This document shows, piece by piece, positions 1 to 13,175 of a DNA stretch of 64,000 nucleotides. The DNA is taken from NCBI GenBank assembly GCA_965153455.1, contig OZ234493.1, positions 25,038,213 through 25,102,212 of the forward strand, read 5' to 3'. The DNA comes from Sphagnum compactum. Its lineage: Eukaryota. Position 1 is the stretch's first letter. Each line of letters starts with the position of its first letter. A model generated the notes under the pieces. The model ran no database searches and was not told the origin of the DNA. It saw only the letters and a program-made list of their open reading frames with translations. Position numbers and translations under genes: made by a program.

Positions 1-1179
1 TATGAAAGGACCAAAAAATTTCATGAGAGGACTTTCATACCAATTAGGTCTTGGCATTGGGTCCAAGGTAGATTTTTAGGTGGTATGAGGCAGGTATATA
101 CTTGGAATTGAGACTGGTATAAAATAGGTACAAGGTTGGTATTATCTCAAGTCCCTAAGACCCAAACCTGACCTGAGAAAAGTTAGGGTCAACTAGATCA
201 AGCCCTAGACCAAACCCATTGGTCTTTTAAGGCCTTTCTTATAAGGTTTGGATCTTTATATACTTTCAAGTGAATCCAAGTTGGATCTTAATATCCTTTC
301 AGGTGGATATTCAAGTTCATTTTGTTGAGTTGCTGAACCTCTTTGATGACCTAGAAGACTTCCCTCTAGAGACATATTGAGTCCTAGTCTATGACTATAG
401 TAGGAAGTCTTCCATATCACTGCCAATACAACATAAAGATAAATGCACATAGTCTCTCTTTTCCTGACCAAAAATCACACATACACATGTATTCTTCCAA
501 GTTCTTCAAGTACACTTCAACCAGTTGGGGCAGGTTTAGAAATTGCATCAAACCTCTACTGGGTATCAAGACAAGTATCAAAATTGATAAATATGGTTAT
601 CAGAAAATCAAATGCCCGATTTTTGATATATAATCACGGTTATCAAAAGATCAAACACCCAAGTATTATATATGATTGTGATTCTCAATTATTTTTTAAA
701 TCTAGTTTTCAGCTAAAGTTGTAGGGTCTTTGCCCATTCTTTGAAGTTTTACAAATACCTGGAATAAGTGGTTCTTGGATTTCGATTTTTTTCAAATACC
801 TAGAACCGATGGGTATTACCAAAATCAAATAAGAACCCCATATTGATCTCAACCATCCCAAAATAGTCCCCTCTCCCTTAAGCTAGCGATTCCTTCATCC
901 TTTTTTAAAAAATAATGGCAATTCCTCCAAATATATCCATCAATCTTGAAATAAGTGGCAAATAACTTGCTCCTAGTTTTATTTTTAGAACATTAGAGTA
1001 GTAAAAAAGGTTTCACCTTGTAAATCAATGAGAGATTAAAAGTCTACTAGTTACCACCAAATAAATTAAAATTACTAGGATGGTTCGTAAAATAATTAAA
1101 ATTTTAGGCATTAATTTACAAAAATTACAAACTTATAAAGAATGAATTTCAAATGATTTTCATTACCAAATCATGGGAT

Positions 1180-2400
1180 GAAAAGTTTGGAATGTACAAT
1201 GTTATGACTTGGCTGTTGGTCTTTAGTCACCACACATCTTTTATGAGATCATTTTTAAAATTATGAAAATCCTTATGTTCAATTTGAATTGTGCCTTTCA
1301 TATAATTGTCAAATGAAATTCCTTGTCCAAATTATATGTTTTTTTCACATCAAATGTTGGTTCCAAGTTTTGATTCTACTCATATGTTATTGTCATGTTT
1401 CCCAACACTACACAAGCCATCAAGGTGTTAGTTATGATTTCTTGGTCCCATTTTCCACTAAGGTAATCTATAATCTCAAATCTTGCATAAGCAAATTTCC
1501 AAAGCATCATTTTACGCCCTTGCGAACAACTTTATGTGCCTTGGAAAAATGTTGTTTTTTTTCACCCTAGGATTCATGGATGGTCTACATGAACATGGAC
1601 TAACAAAGATAAATTCCATCAATAAGCAAATAATAATGAAGATATTCATTACCATTAACCTTAAAAACCAAGTCCATGGTTACAACCTTATACAACAAAT
1701 CAAAAGTTAATGGTATTCTATCCAACACATTCAAATCATTGTTGTCACTTGGTAATCCAAAAAAAATGCATGCAATATACCCTAAACTTTGGTTAGCAAA
1801 TGTTTTGAAAATAATTGATTTAAGGTTTCTCTTTGTTAGTGAATTGCCCTTGGCAAGTAACAAGAAAATTGTTTCAACAATAATGCATACAATCCAATGA
1901 AACCTTTACATTCATTCATCTTCATCTATATGAACTCACAATAGTTGTTTAACATACTCAAACTCAAAAAGGTCTTGAATAGCTTTCACAAATTATAACA
2001 AACATTTAATGGTTGTGTTTTCCTCGATCTTATTTTTTTCATCACATGCATTGGCAACCAAGCCATAGGCCAACATTTTCATTGCGCTCATACATTTTTG
2101 AATAGAAGAAAGATTCACAACCTTAGAAGCATATGACTTTTTCAGGAAATAAAAACAGGGTGCACACACATCTTGCATGATCCAACAGAACAAAAATCAA
2201 TTCATCTTATAATGCCTTCTAAACAACTTATCATCGCAAGTAAGAGTTGATGCAAAATATTCTCATCAAATTCTTTAGGGACTTGCATTTTCCACTCTCT
2301 CTATGTATTTGTTCTCTCACTAAGCATTGACCCTCTATGTCTTCACTCTCATTGTCTACCAATTATGCTTTCAATGAAGCAAGTAGCTAGTTGAACCATT
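1180..2400 (-). mobile_element. Degenerate PIF/Harbinger (HARBI1/ALP1-like) DDE transposase remnant
   Basis: Minus-strand fragments LSSIQKCMSAMKMLAYGLVANACDE (1993-2193) and FFGLPSDNNDLNVLDR...YYLLIDGIY (1600-1863) match the Harbinger nuclease motifs 'LSPLQKCTAAxRMLAYG' and 'FFGxPGSxNDINVL...YYLADGIY'. Multiple stops and frameshifts; boundaries approximate. Confidence 0.8.
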
Positions 2401-5400
2401 GCTCCATAGTCAATTGTGTTGTTTTGAAGAGAAGAAAGAGATGGGTTATTGGTCTAGAGAGGGAGATGAGAATCAGGCTGTTGCATAAAACAAGAAGAGA
2501 GATGGGCTACTAATCTAGAGAGGGAGATGAAAGCCAAGCTGTTGTAGAAAGGGACAAAGATAGTCTAAGAAACATTGGAAAATAGTTAACCATGGACCTT
2601 ATTGGGACAAGCAAATTCATCATAGGCGGGTCTTAAATCATTTTGAAAATTCACGAACTCTTGATATATACCCCTGGTAAGGCAATGAAGGTCTAGAGTC
2701 CAGTGTTGGGTGGTTCTTAGAATGAGGGACAGATACCCACCGGTTATCAACTCGAGTATATATCTATATATACTCGGCCTGTTTTCCATAAAAGCATGGT
2801 TGTTGTTTTTAGCACATTTTGAAACATTCATATCAGCCTGGTGATCATGGTTTTGGTGCTAATAAGACTAATTTCTGGCTCCTATGAAGTGTGTATTATG
2901 CACCACTGTTGTTGGTCAGCTATTGAGTTTCAACCTGGGTCACCGGCAGGCTCCAGGTCCGGGTATCAATAAGTTACCAGTCAATTATTGTTTTTTTTTT
3001 AAATCAGCAAATAACCTACCTACCCGCCTGGTGTTGCATTTTTCAAATTTTAATAGCCCACCTGTTTATCAATTCTTAAAAAAACACTAAACATATTTAT
3101 GATGGGAAAAAAAAAGACAAGAAATTTTTTTAGTCCTATAACTGGTGCATAACCAGCAGTATATCCGGGTATTTGAAAACTGACTCTTATGCATAATCAG
3201 TGGTTATTACCCCCCCCCCAAACAAATTTGGTAGTGAGGGGTATTACTTTAACAATGATTGATAACCGGCGGGTTTCAATTTAATTTCTGATAAAAATAC
3301 CCACTGTTTTTTTTTAAAGAAATAACCGGCCAACATGGGAATGCAGCTTGGATTGAATCTGCTATAAAACCAGTACAAGGCCGGATATTCACTCGGGTAG
3401 CAGACCCAAAGGTGTGTCTGGGCAGCACCAGACACATCTGGTTTGGGCAAATGGGCAGTCAGGGGAAGAAAAAAAAGGAGAGAGAAAGCCTGGCACTATT
3501 TTTTGTACTATTTTTTTTTAATCAATTGTGCAAAAAATGTTAATAATATGTAATGATTTTATTTTTTTTTAAAAATTACCAAACCAATGTTGATCATGCC
3601 CTGATATTTATAAATCTTGCTAACTAGAACACCCAAGAAATGAATTATTGGTACACCATCATGGTATTCCATTTATGAAAATTTTCCCAACACTAGCCTA
3701 TAGTGTTTCCTTGGCCTTGAAAGTTTTGAAAGGACTCTTTACACTAGAGTCAGTCTTGTGTGTACATAATCCAATATCAATTCAACATTGATTTGCTTTG
3801 TTTTGTTTGTTTTGTTTGTGTGTAGGTATATAATTATTTTAGGGTTAGGGGGGAAATGTAAATAAAGAGAAGAAGATGGTTACATCAACTTCCCCTCTAC
3901 TAAGGGAGTTTACATGTGATTTCCACAATTCCTAAATTATGTAAGGACTTGATAGATTTTTCCTAATGTTAGAAAATCCAAGCTATGTTAGGATCCAAGT
4001 TATGTTATATGATGTTGGTTAGGATCCAATTCACATGAGCCGTGTGACGAGGTGTTGTTATATATTTGTCATAAGGACTTGAATAGTTTTATTTTAACTT
4101 AGGATAATCTTATTTTTGAAATATGAACATCAAAAGTAATAATTTCAATAAATAAAAACCTTTTGTAAAAGAACTTGTAACTCAATGTACATTAACATAA
4201 AAAAAAATCGCCATCCTTCCAAATTGTTTGAATCTTTAGTATCAATGCCAGCACACAATATTATCATTGAGTCATTTATTCATTATTATGCATTATAAGA
4301 AAGTGTATTGAGTTCATACTTAAATAATTTAAACTAATGATGGACTATGACAAGTTTTGATAAACTTTTAAAAGTCTATAACAAATTAAATGTCAAAAAT
4401 TGTATGTAAAATGTCTTTTGATGTATGAATTCACTGTTGACATGAATCTTTTTTCATCATTTGCAAATGTAAATTGAGATTAATTCATTATTTTAAAAAA
4501 ATTAATTATAAATTTATATTTTATGACATTGAAAATGTTCCACCTTAGTGTGCTTTCATTAAACATATTTCACCACCCCCTTTGAAAATTATTACATTGA
4601 ATGCAACAACGTTTAATGTCAATGTAAAAAAGGCCATTGAGATTTTGGTTAAACTTTAATTGATTTTAATGTTACATTGAATTTGATGCAACCTAAATTT
4701 TCAATGTAAGAAATGCCATTGGGCCCTTTTTTAGCCTAAAGGTTGCTGAGCCATCTCACATAAAGAAAAACTCAAAGTTAAAAACTTGAAAATGTTCCAA
4801 GTTCCATCTTCCCACTAGCAACTGCCTATGGTTCAAGAGGGGCATCTCTAGGCTACATAATAAAAACATCCTTTTAAGGGTTGTTACATTGTTGTATAGC
4901 AACACATGCTTAAGCTAAAATTCATAAAGCATCGAGTATGGCCACCTTCTCAACTCTATGCACATTATAAACTACAAATGCACGTAGGCATACCTAATTT
5001 TTTGCCAAAAAAAATTGGTCATAAAGAAAATTTATGGAAATCCAAAGTATTTAATTCCACATATTGGGAGAATTGCTTGAGAAAAAAATATTTGTTTAAT
5101 CCATTTCACATGTTTGTTACAAAGACTTGCTTGTTTCTTTGAAAAATCGATATCTTGATTGATGTTATCTTGGGCAAGGTTGGTAAAAGAGAAAATGTGT
5201 TGAACATTGAAAAAATGCATGTCTATATTTGTGAAGGCTAATACCATTGAACAATTTTGTTTTGGCATGTAGAAAAAAATTCATTGTCCCTATACAATAT
5301 CCATAGCCAAAGCTAGCTTAATTGCCAAGCTTTCAAATTATGCAAGATGTGACTTTCCATTCAAATCTAGAGGTTGAATTACTTTAAACATGGAGTGGTC

Positions 5401-7131
5401 CTTGTGATATTATTTTCAAATTTTGAGAATCCATTTGAAACATTTTGTTTTCATATTCGATGTCTTTCGGAGTTTATAATTTGTAAATTTTTCCTTTATA
5501 AATTTCTGTTCAACCTAAACCATAATTTTTTCCCATCATTAATTTGGACGATGATTTGAATTCCTTGGTGTGTCGCATGACCTCTGTTCAAAAAACTAGT
5601 GGTAGATTCAAATACTTCAACCTAGGAGAAAACATTAAATGTTATGATAACATATATAAAGGATACAAATCTAGAAGCTGATAAATTCTCACAAATTTAG
5701 CCCCCTTCATCTTATTAAAAAAACATCATTTTGTTTGTTCCACTATTTATATTTTGCAAAGATTAATTACTTGAGGATGGAATGCCAATTTTTATTTATC
5801 CTTGCAATATGCTCCATTTTCCTTTTCTGTATTAAAAACAAGTGTTGTTCCAAATTGACCTTCTAGTGGGGTATTGCTTTCTTGGAATGCAGATTTGTAG
5901 AAGAAATATGCAATTCTTGAATGGCCAACTTTTTGACAAGACACAAGATGATTGTGCTCCTTTCTAGCTTTGAATGGAACTTGAAATGACAAATGTTTTT
6001 TTTGGTATGTCCATTTCGGTTAACCAAATAATCCTTTGAATCAAACTTTGAAACATACAACATGTGAAGACTTATGCAATAGAGGCCAAAGTACTTTGTG
6101 GTACTTGGTTAAAAGTTAAAAGAAAATTGTTTTTAGACTACTAATATGTGTAAAGTGCAAACTTCATAACATATCGTTCTTTTTTTGCAACAAAAAGTTG
6201 TAAAATCAACAAGAATTTGTAATTTGTAGCTCTACTTAAAATTATGAGGTTTTAATCATTGTTGTCTACAAGATCCCATGGAGAAGGTTGTGAAAGAAAA
6301 TTTGGCTACAGTAATTGTACTCACTATTGATGCAATGTACTTGGTTGTTAGGTGTGAATTCCATTTGAGCATTGCAATGCTTCTGGATCTTGAATATCTA
6401 CATTCTATAATTATGTTAACATTCTTTGAACTCATTGGGATGCTAGTGCATTTGGAAGTAAAATGGTTCCTCCATTTAGTGGAGATGAGCAAAGAGCTTA
6501 ACAAGTGGATCCAAAAGGATGCAATCAAAATCTTCTTATTTAACAAGATGCAAGACATAATGGTAGGAATAAACAAACGCTTTTCTAATTCAATTCATCA
6601 CCCTTCTTGTATTTCTTGGATCGTAAGCATTTGATGTCTTTGATTTTGTGTCTACTAGGTGTTGTTTCTCCTTTCTATTTTCATGTGCATATTAGCAACA
6701 ATGTAGTTAAACGCCGAGGCTTTTTCTCCATATTGGAGAAATGGAAGGAACTTCAGCAAAATTGTCTTTGGCAGATGTCTATTGTCTATTGAACTTGAAC
6801 AATCTTCACAAAGTTGTGCATCCTTTATCTTCGACAAACTCAAGATTCAATACTCTCTTGGTACTTTCAGCTTATCCTTTAGGTTCATAGAGTCCATGGT
6901 AGCTAACTCTTTTGCTTTATCCCAATCTTTGGATTATGCAATTACATTGAAACCGTACCTTCTTGAAGGAACCTAAGTTCGTTACTTGTTTCTTAAAAGT
7001 GAAACCTAAGTATTGGCTAGGCTAGCTGTGGTGGTAGTATTCATGCATTTGTTGAAGCTATTCTTGAACTGAAGCCATTCCTCACATTACCTATCTATCT
7101 ATCTATCTATCGTCTACATCATGTTATGCAC

Positions 7132-7481
7132 CATTGTTGTGCGGGTATTTGATTTGTTAATAACCCCCGGTTCCAGGTTCTTGAAATCCTCGAATCAAAA
7201 GAACCACCAATTCCACAGTTCATTGAAATAATAATAATTATTATAATTATAAAGAACATCCATTCCGGTTATTTCAAAAAGCCAAAAGAACCCACGGTTC
7301 TCATGAAGGAACCAAGGGGGGTTTAGGGGGGGGGGGGGGGGGACAGAAATGGCATTTTGTGTATCAGAACTGGTTCTCTGATTTTTGGAAAACGGCAGGT
7401 ATATGAGATCAGGGTAGCAAGACTGATAACCGGAGGGTATTTGGTGGCCCCCTCCTGTTTTCTGGTACCCGCACAACACTG
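7132..7481. mobile_element. Non-autonomous hAT-type MITE (~350 bp)
   Basis: TIRs CATTGTTGTGCGGGTA (7132-7147) and TACCCGCACAACACTG (7466-7481) match 15/16 as reverse complements. Flanking 8-mers TTATGCAC / TTGGGCAC (6/8) fit a decayed 8-bp hAT TSD. Interior is rich in GAACC/GGTT motifs. Confidence 0.7.
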
Positions 7482-10400
7482 TTGGGCACATGGGGATATA
7501 TTTATAGTCGTAGGAGTGAAAAAGGTCACTCCATTTTATTCCGGGGAAAAAAGAAAAAGGTAAAAGTCAGGATGATGCTGGTGTGGGAATCTAGTAACAG
7601 TAAATGGGGAATTTGGGCTGTAGTGGATAAAAACCTTACTAGCTTGCTGGCAACCATACCCACACCCAATCTGAAACCAGTGGTGCACATTCAGCTACCA
7701 TTGTAAGCTCAAATTCTAGCCCCTTAAAATTTATTTATAAAAAATAATTAGTTTATTTATTTATTCATTCATTTATTCATTTATTCATTTATTTATTTAT
7801 TTATTTATAGAAGGCCCAAAAAAAAAAAAGGAGACCATAATTCTCTGTCACAAAGAGAAACATAAATTGGAATTGTCTGGGTTCTAGTTTTGATTTCACA
7901 CATAAAAATAATAGGTAGAACCTCAAATTGGGTTCTGGTTTGAAAATCAATCCCAGTTTGGATCAGGTGGTTCTTATTACTGACTGGGATTGGGAACCAG
8001 CGGTTAATTATTGGCTATTAATAAGGAGCTAAACTAACCAATCACTGGTTCCAAGCCCTCTAGTACCTCTGAACCTCGAATCAATCGGGTTCGAGGTTTC
8101 AATTCTTGAAAAACAATTCAGAATTCTAGTTCTGAAAATTAGACCCGAATTTTGCATCCAGTTTCATTATTACTACATGAAAATTTTCATCTTATTATGA
8201 TGAATATTAGTAAAATAAATATTCCTTCCTGAAACTCAATCAAGGTGTGTTCTGACCCTCTCTAGAGTGTCTGACTCTCCTCCAACTTTTAACATGTACC
8301 AGGTGTTTTTAATTCTTTTTTCCAAAATAAATAATATAAATAATATAAATTAAATTAAATTAAATTAAAATGTAGTTTTTTTATCTGTAGTTTGGGAATA
8401 AAGATATGGGACCTGACACCTGACCCTTACCTTGCCCCCCCCCCCCCCCCCCTCCCCTAGTATATACCCCAGTGAAGTACAAAAGGTTATACAAGCCTCC
8501 AAATGTGGGAATATTGGCTAACAGGAGTCAGGAACAAAGAAAGGAATTCTCAACCTGGAAGGAATGGGTTGATGGATCTAGTGAAGAATTCTCACAATAA
8601 ATAAATAAATAAATATAAATTCTCACATTAAGTTGTGGTGGGCATGACCAAAAACTTCGACATACTAGCCATAGGCTACTACTACTTCGGTTGCACACAA
8701 CAAACATGTGGTGAGAGATTGCTGTTTGAGGACTTGTTTTAGGGGCGAGCTTTCCCTTCCCTCTTTCCCTTCCCTTCCCTCTCTTTGTCTGATTTGCTTC
8801 ATGCTATTGGTGAGGGGTTTAGGAGCTAGGCTTGGGATTTGGATTTGAGTGGGTATCTTTTCCTCCCTTTTGTTTTTGGGTGTTTGTTCTTTTTGGCTTT
8901 GGACATTGGTCCTCTCCTTTTATTCCTTCCTTTCCTTCTTGTTTGGTGCATTTCTAACAAGGGATGTGTCACACTGTGGCTTTGCCATTTACATTAAAAA
9001 GTATCTTAATGCAAAAGAAGAATTATGAAAATCCAACTATTTCACCATGAAAAAATATAACTTTTCAAAAAAAATCCATCTAAAAAAACCAAAATCCTTC
9101 AAGATATCATAACTCTATACCTAATCTCAAGTTTCAACACAAGCCAAAATATGATCTTTCAAAAACCCCGAATAAAAATAGACCTACTACCTAGGGGCCA
9201 AAATCCATTAAGCTACTATAATCTATAATGAATCTAAACACAATATGCTTGCCTTGGTAGTCAAGGCTAATAAACTAGAATAATGGCATGTTTTAGAGGG
9301 CAAGTTTCATTCTAGTATTTGAGATTTGACGATTATGAAGGATTTAGACTTATGTAACTTCTGTATGATGGGTCATAATAGTTAGTATTACAATCCTTAG
9401 TTTTGTTCATTGTAGGTCAACTAGTGATTTTTTATTTGGTGAATTTTTGCAAAATTTTAATCTCAAAAACTACAAAGGAAATATTCGGTTACCAAATTCC
9501 CTGTTCCTATTTGGAAAAGAAAAATCATCAAATTTCAACACAGTTTTAGTTTTGGGGGAAATTTTCACCAGTTTTTTTTACAAACATGGAGCCAATTAAA
9601 TTTGAATCTATATTTGGGATGATGGCTAATGATCCAGAAGAGGGCACAACCAAGCCAGTGACTTATGCACTTAACACTAGCAAATAAAAAATTCATGTGC
9701 ACAATAATGGCAGCCCTAGAAGCTCTTCCCTTAAAAAGTGGAAGAGCCTCCTCTAGACCTGCCATGAGCCAGCATTATGAACCAGCAGAATGAATGGGCA
9801 ATTTTTTCCATTCATCTGAACAGATTAGAAAGAAAACCTCACAACAAAATATATTAAAAAAAAGATCAGAAATGGCATGAACCTTGCACGCGGTAAGAAT
9901 TCGTCCACGGCATAAAATGCCTGGCAAATATTATACCCGACAATGGACCTCCAACCCAAAAGTGAACCCAAATTTGTCTCAAACTTCAAAGCATTCCTAG
10001 AACTTTGCAAAACCAAGTCAGTTGCCATTCTGTATCTTGGCCTCTTCCTCCTAACATCTGACACACATGCATCTGGTTATGTCCCTTTGTGAAAAAACAA
10101 ACTGGAAAAAAATCCAGGTTTAGGGTTTTGTTTTTTTTGGTTAAGTTGTTGGACATGTTAAGGACCCAAGCTCATAGACTGGCTACAAGGCCTTTTGACA
10201 CTATGACTCAAAATCCCGTATAGTGAATACCACATAGATAGACAAAAGATGAGGATGAGTTTCATTGCATGAGTTCATTGTTAAGTAGGGAAGTACACTT
10301 TTTTTTCCTCATATAATAAAGTTATTCGTAAAGTCAGGCGATTAAAGGACGAGAAAAGCCAGTTTTGGCATAAAAGGGCATCAAACGTGTAACTGAGAAT

Positions 10401-11045
10401 GAAAATTTTACAAAAGGAAATAACTGGGACCCAAACTAGTTTTTCCACCACCAAAAAAGCTGATAAAAGAAATGGGTTCTACCTTCTTGAAGGTGTTTAG
10501 ACAGAGATTGTCCATGAGCAGAGAGAAGTACATTTTTCTCTATGAAATATCGGTTCTTGATTGGTATTGTCAATCAAACAAAGATGACCATGAGCTCATG
10601 CAAGATTAGGCACTTATTTTTTGGGAAATTGGTTCCAGAGAACACACACACACACACATACCCACACACACAGTGTTCCCATGTGGGCTTCCTGTCACAC
10701 ATTCTCCACTGCAGTTCTGCAGACTCTACAGGAAACCCCAATAATCAATGAGGTACCAGTAATTAATGAAGTTCAGTTAGCTAGATCAGCTAGCCAGCTA
10801 GCTAACCACTACTAAGTTAACTTACTCCCAAGTATCCACTTTGGCCCCCTTAAAATTAACCATGTTGGTCATCTTAGCTGAAACCAACACTAATGCAAGC
10901 AATTTGGAAGTGTTTTATACTAGACTCACATTTTCACCATAAATTTAAGATTTTTCTTTTCTTTTTTGGCCAGGGTGAAGCAGCACCTACATTTGGATTG
11001 AGGCCTCTCTTTGTGACCATAGGTAATTTTAATCTGCAATTTTAT

Positions 11046-11426
11046 CAGTGTTGGTGCACATTACCCACTTTGGCAACCCTCTGGTTCTGGTTCCAGTTAG
11101 AAAAAACTGAACTGAAACCACTAACCCGAACCCGGTTCCTGGTTCCATTTTATGTGTGGAACGAGGATTGGAATCAGAACTCGACGAAATCAAAGAGACT
11201 ATAATCGAGTTTAATCAGAGGTTAACCAGCAATGAATCCTTCCTTGGTTTTGGTTTAGGCTAGAGAACCAAACTGTAACTGGGTCCATTTAGACCCAGAA
11301 CTGTATTCTTGGTTCCACTTAGGTGTGCAACTGGAATGAGATGATAGTTCCAATTTAATTTTTTGGAACTGGAACTGGAACTGGAACTGGAGTCTCGTCA
11401 TAAAAGTAAACAACCACCCAACACTG
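11046..11426. mobile_element. hAT-type MITE with CAGTGTTGG termini
   Basis: Starts CAGTGTTGG (11046) and ends CCAACACTG (11426). Interior has GGAACT/GGTTCC repeats. TSD not clearly preserved. Confidence 0.55.
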
Positions 11427-12820
11427 GTATATATATATGATTTGAAAGAAAATTTGGGGGTTTTTGGTTTCTACCATGGTAGGCTAGCTACCAGTTTAGG
11501 TGCTGGTTTAAAAACTAACTACCATACTAGAGAAAGCATTACCTATTTAGTCTGAGCCAACCCAGGATCTAGCAACGCCCCTAGATAGAGTGGAGATAAC
11601 TAGCTAGTTGGATGGTAACAATTAGCAATGTCCTTAGATTTAGTAGAGACTTCAATAGCAGGAGATATAGCAGAATGGGTGGAAAAATATAGCACCCTTA
11701 ATTACTGATCTACCATATTCAAATGCTACAAGGCTTTTTTTTAAAAAGTTAAATGCAAAGTGTTTGTTGTGTGTTGTGTTCCTTTCTTTTTCTAAAGAAG
11801 AGGAGAGAAAAGGTAAATGGAAGGTGTAACTGACACTACCCTAGCTATGTAGGTAGTAAGTAGTAAGTAGGGTATGAAGTCTGCAGCTTGCAGAAGTTCT
11901 GACTCCGAAGGGAATATAGCAGCCTGAGCCTGGAGTCAGAAAAAGGAAAAAAAAAGAGAGTCAAAAAAGAAAGAAAGAAAGAAAAGAGAAAGAGTGTCTT
12001 GTCTGTCTCTTTTCTCTTGCAGCTACCTAAAATAGGTAGTTATTTTTTTCTGTAATTTCTGGAATTTTCCTTTGGTCCTCTCTCTCCTCCCCCCCCCCCC
12101 CCCCCCCCCCAAAAAGGAAACCTAACAGTGAAGGAGATCCTGCCTACCTATGAAACTCCAACAGCTAAGGTTAGATTCTCATCACACAACAGAAAAAAAT
12201 TTGCACAAATTTAGATTAAATTCAATTAAATTCATTTAAATATAATTCATTTCATTTTAATTCATTTTAATTCAATTAAATTCATTTAAATTAAATTAAA
12301 TGGTAGGGACAGATCAGATCATCACAGAATATCAGCTACTAGATAACAACAACAACAACCAACCCATGACAACTTTCAATTTTAGTAAAGTGAAAGTGAA
12401 GAGTCAAACCCAAGATTCAAAACAGTGTTGATTATTATTATTACTATTATTATTCAAAGAAAAAAGCACCAATCCAGAAGGAAACCCAAGAGGAGGAGGA
12501 AGAAGAAGCAGAAGAAGGGAAGAAGAAAACAGAATCAAAAAAAAAAAAAAGGGTGGGGTGAAATTGCAAAATTGCAATCCTTCTCTCCTTTTGCACAAGG
12601 TACCACCACCTAGTAAGTTAGTCTTTGTATTGTAAAGTGCAAAAGTTAGAATTGGTACCTATTTTGTTATATAAGGAAGGAATTTTATTTTATTTTTAAT
12701 TTTTTTTTGTTTTTTCTTCCTCTCCCCACCTTCAAGTTCTTCATCAAGAACCTTGAAACCCAAAAAAATTGGTGCACTAAAAATAATAAGTAAATTAAGA
12801 AGTGAAGAAGAGTTTTTTTT

Positions 12821-13112
12821 TTGTGTGTGTGTGTGTGTGTGTTCTTTCTTTTACTAACTTTATTGATCTGCTTCTATTTTGGTTGTTGTCTTTTGCTTTT
12901 GTTTCTTTCTTTCTCTCTCTCTTTCCATGTGCTCCTCGCTCTCTCTCTCTCTCTCTCTTGCATTGATTTCTTTCCATGCGCTCCTCGCTCTCTCCCACTG
13001 CAGCTGCGAGGAAGCAGAAGAAGAAGAAGAAGAAGAAGAAGCAGCAGCGTAGACGCAAGCTTTGCAACAGGAGCAACAGCAGCAGCAGAGCTGGGTGGTG
13101 GTGGTGGTGGTG
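12821..13112. repeat. Microsatellite cluster (TG)n, (CT)n, (GAA)n, (GCA)n, (GGT)n in promoter/5' UTR of the NRL gene
   Basis: Directly visible simple repeats at ~12822-12842, 12939-12957, 13017-13041, 13078-13088 and 13094-13112. Confidence 0.9.
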
Positions 13113-13175
13113 AGCTTGAGGAGCTTGAGTAAGAAAGCTTAGGCAACAGTGGATTGGTTAGAGCGGAGGTCAGAC

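Noticed and set aside
3405..3447. GC-rich hairpin CCCAAA-GGTGTGTCTGG...CCAGACACATC-TTTGGG
   Set aside because: Short isolated stem next to MITE-like sequence. Not a terminator in a plant genome and too short for a pre-miRNA.
5790..6980. Cluster of 60-118-aa ORFs on both strands, possibly a Harbinger Myb-like partner ORF
   Set aside because: Only vague resemblance and no diagnostic motif. Cannot be supported without a profile search.
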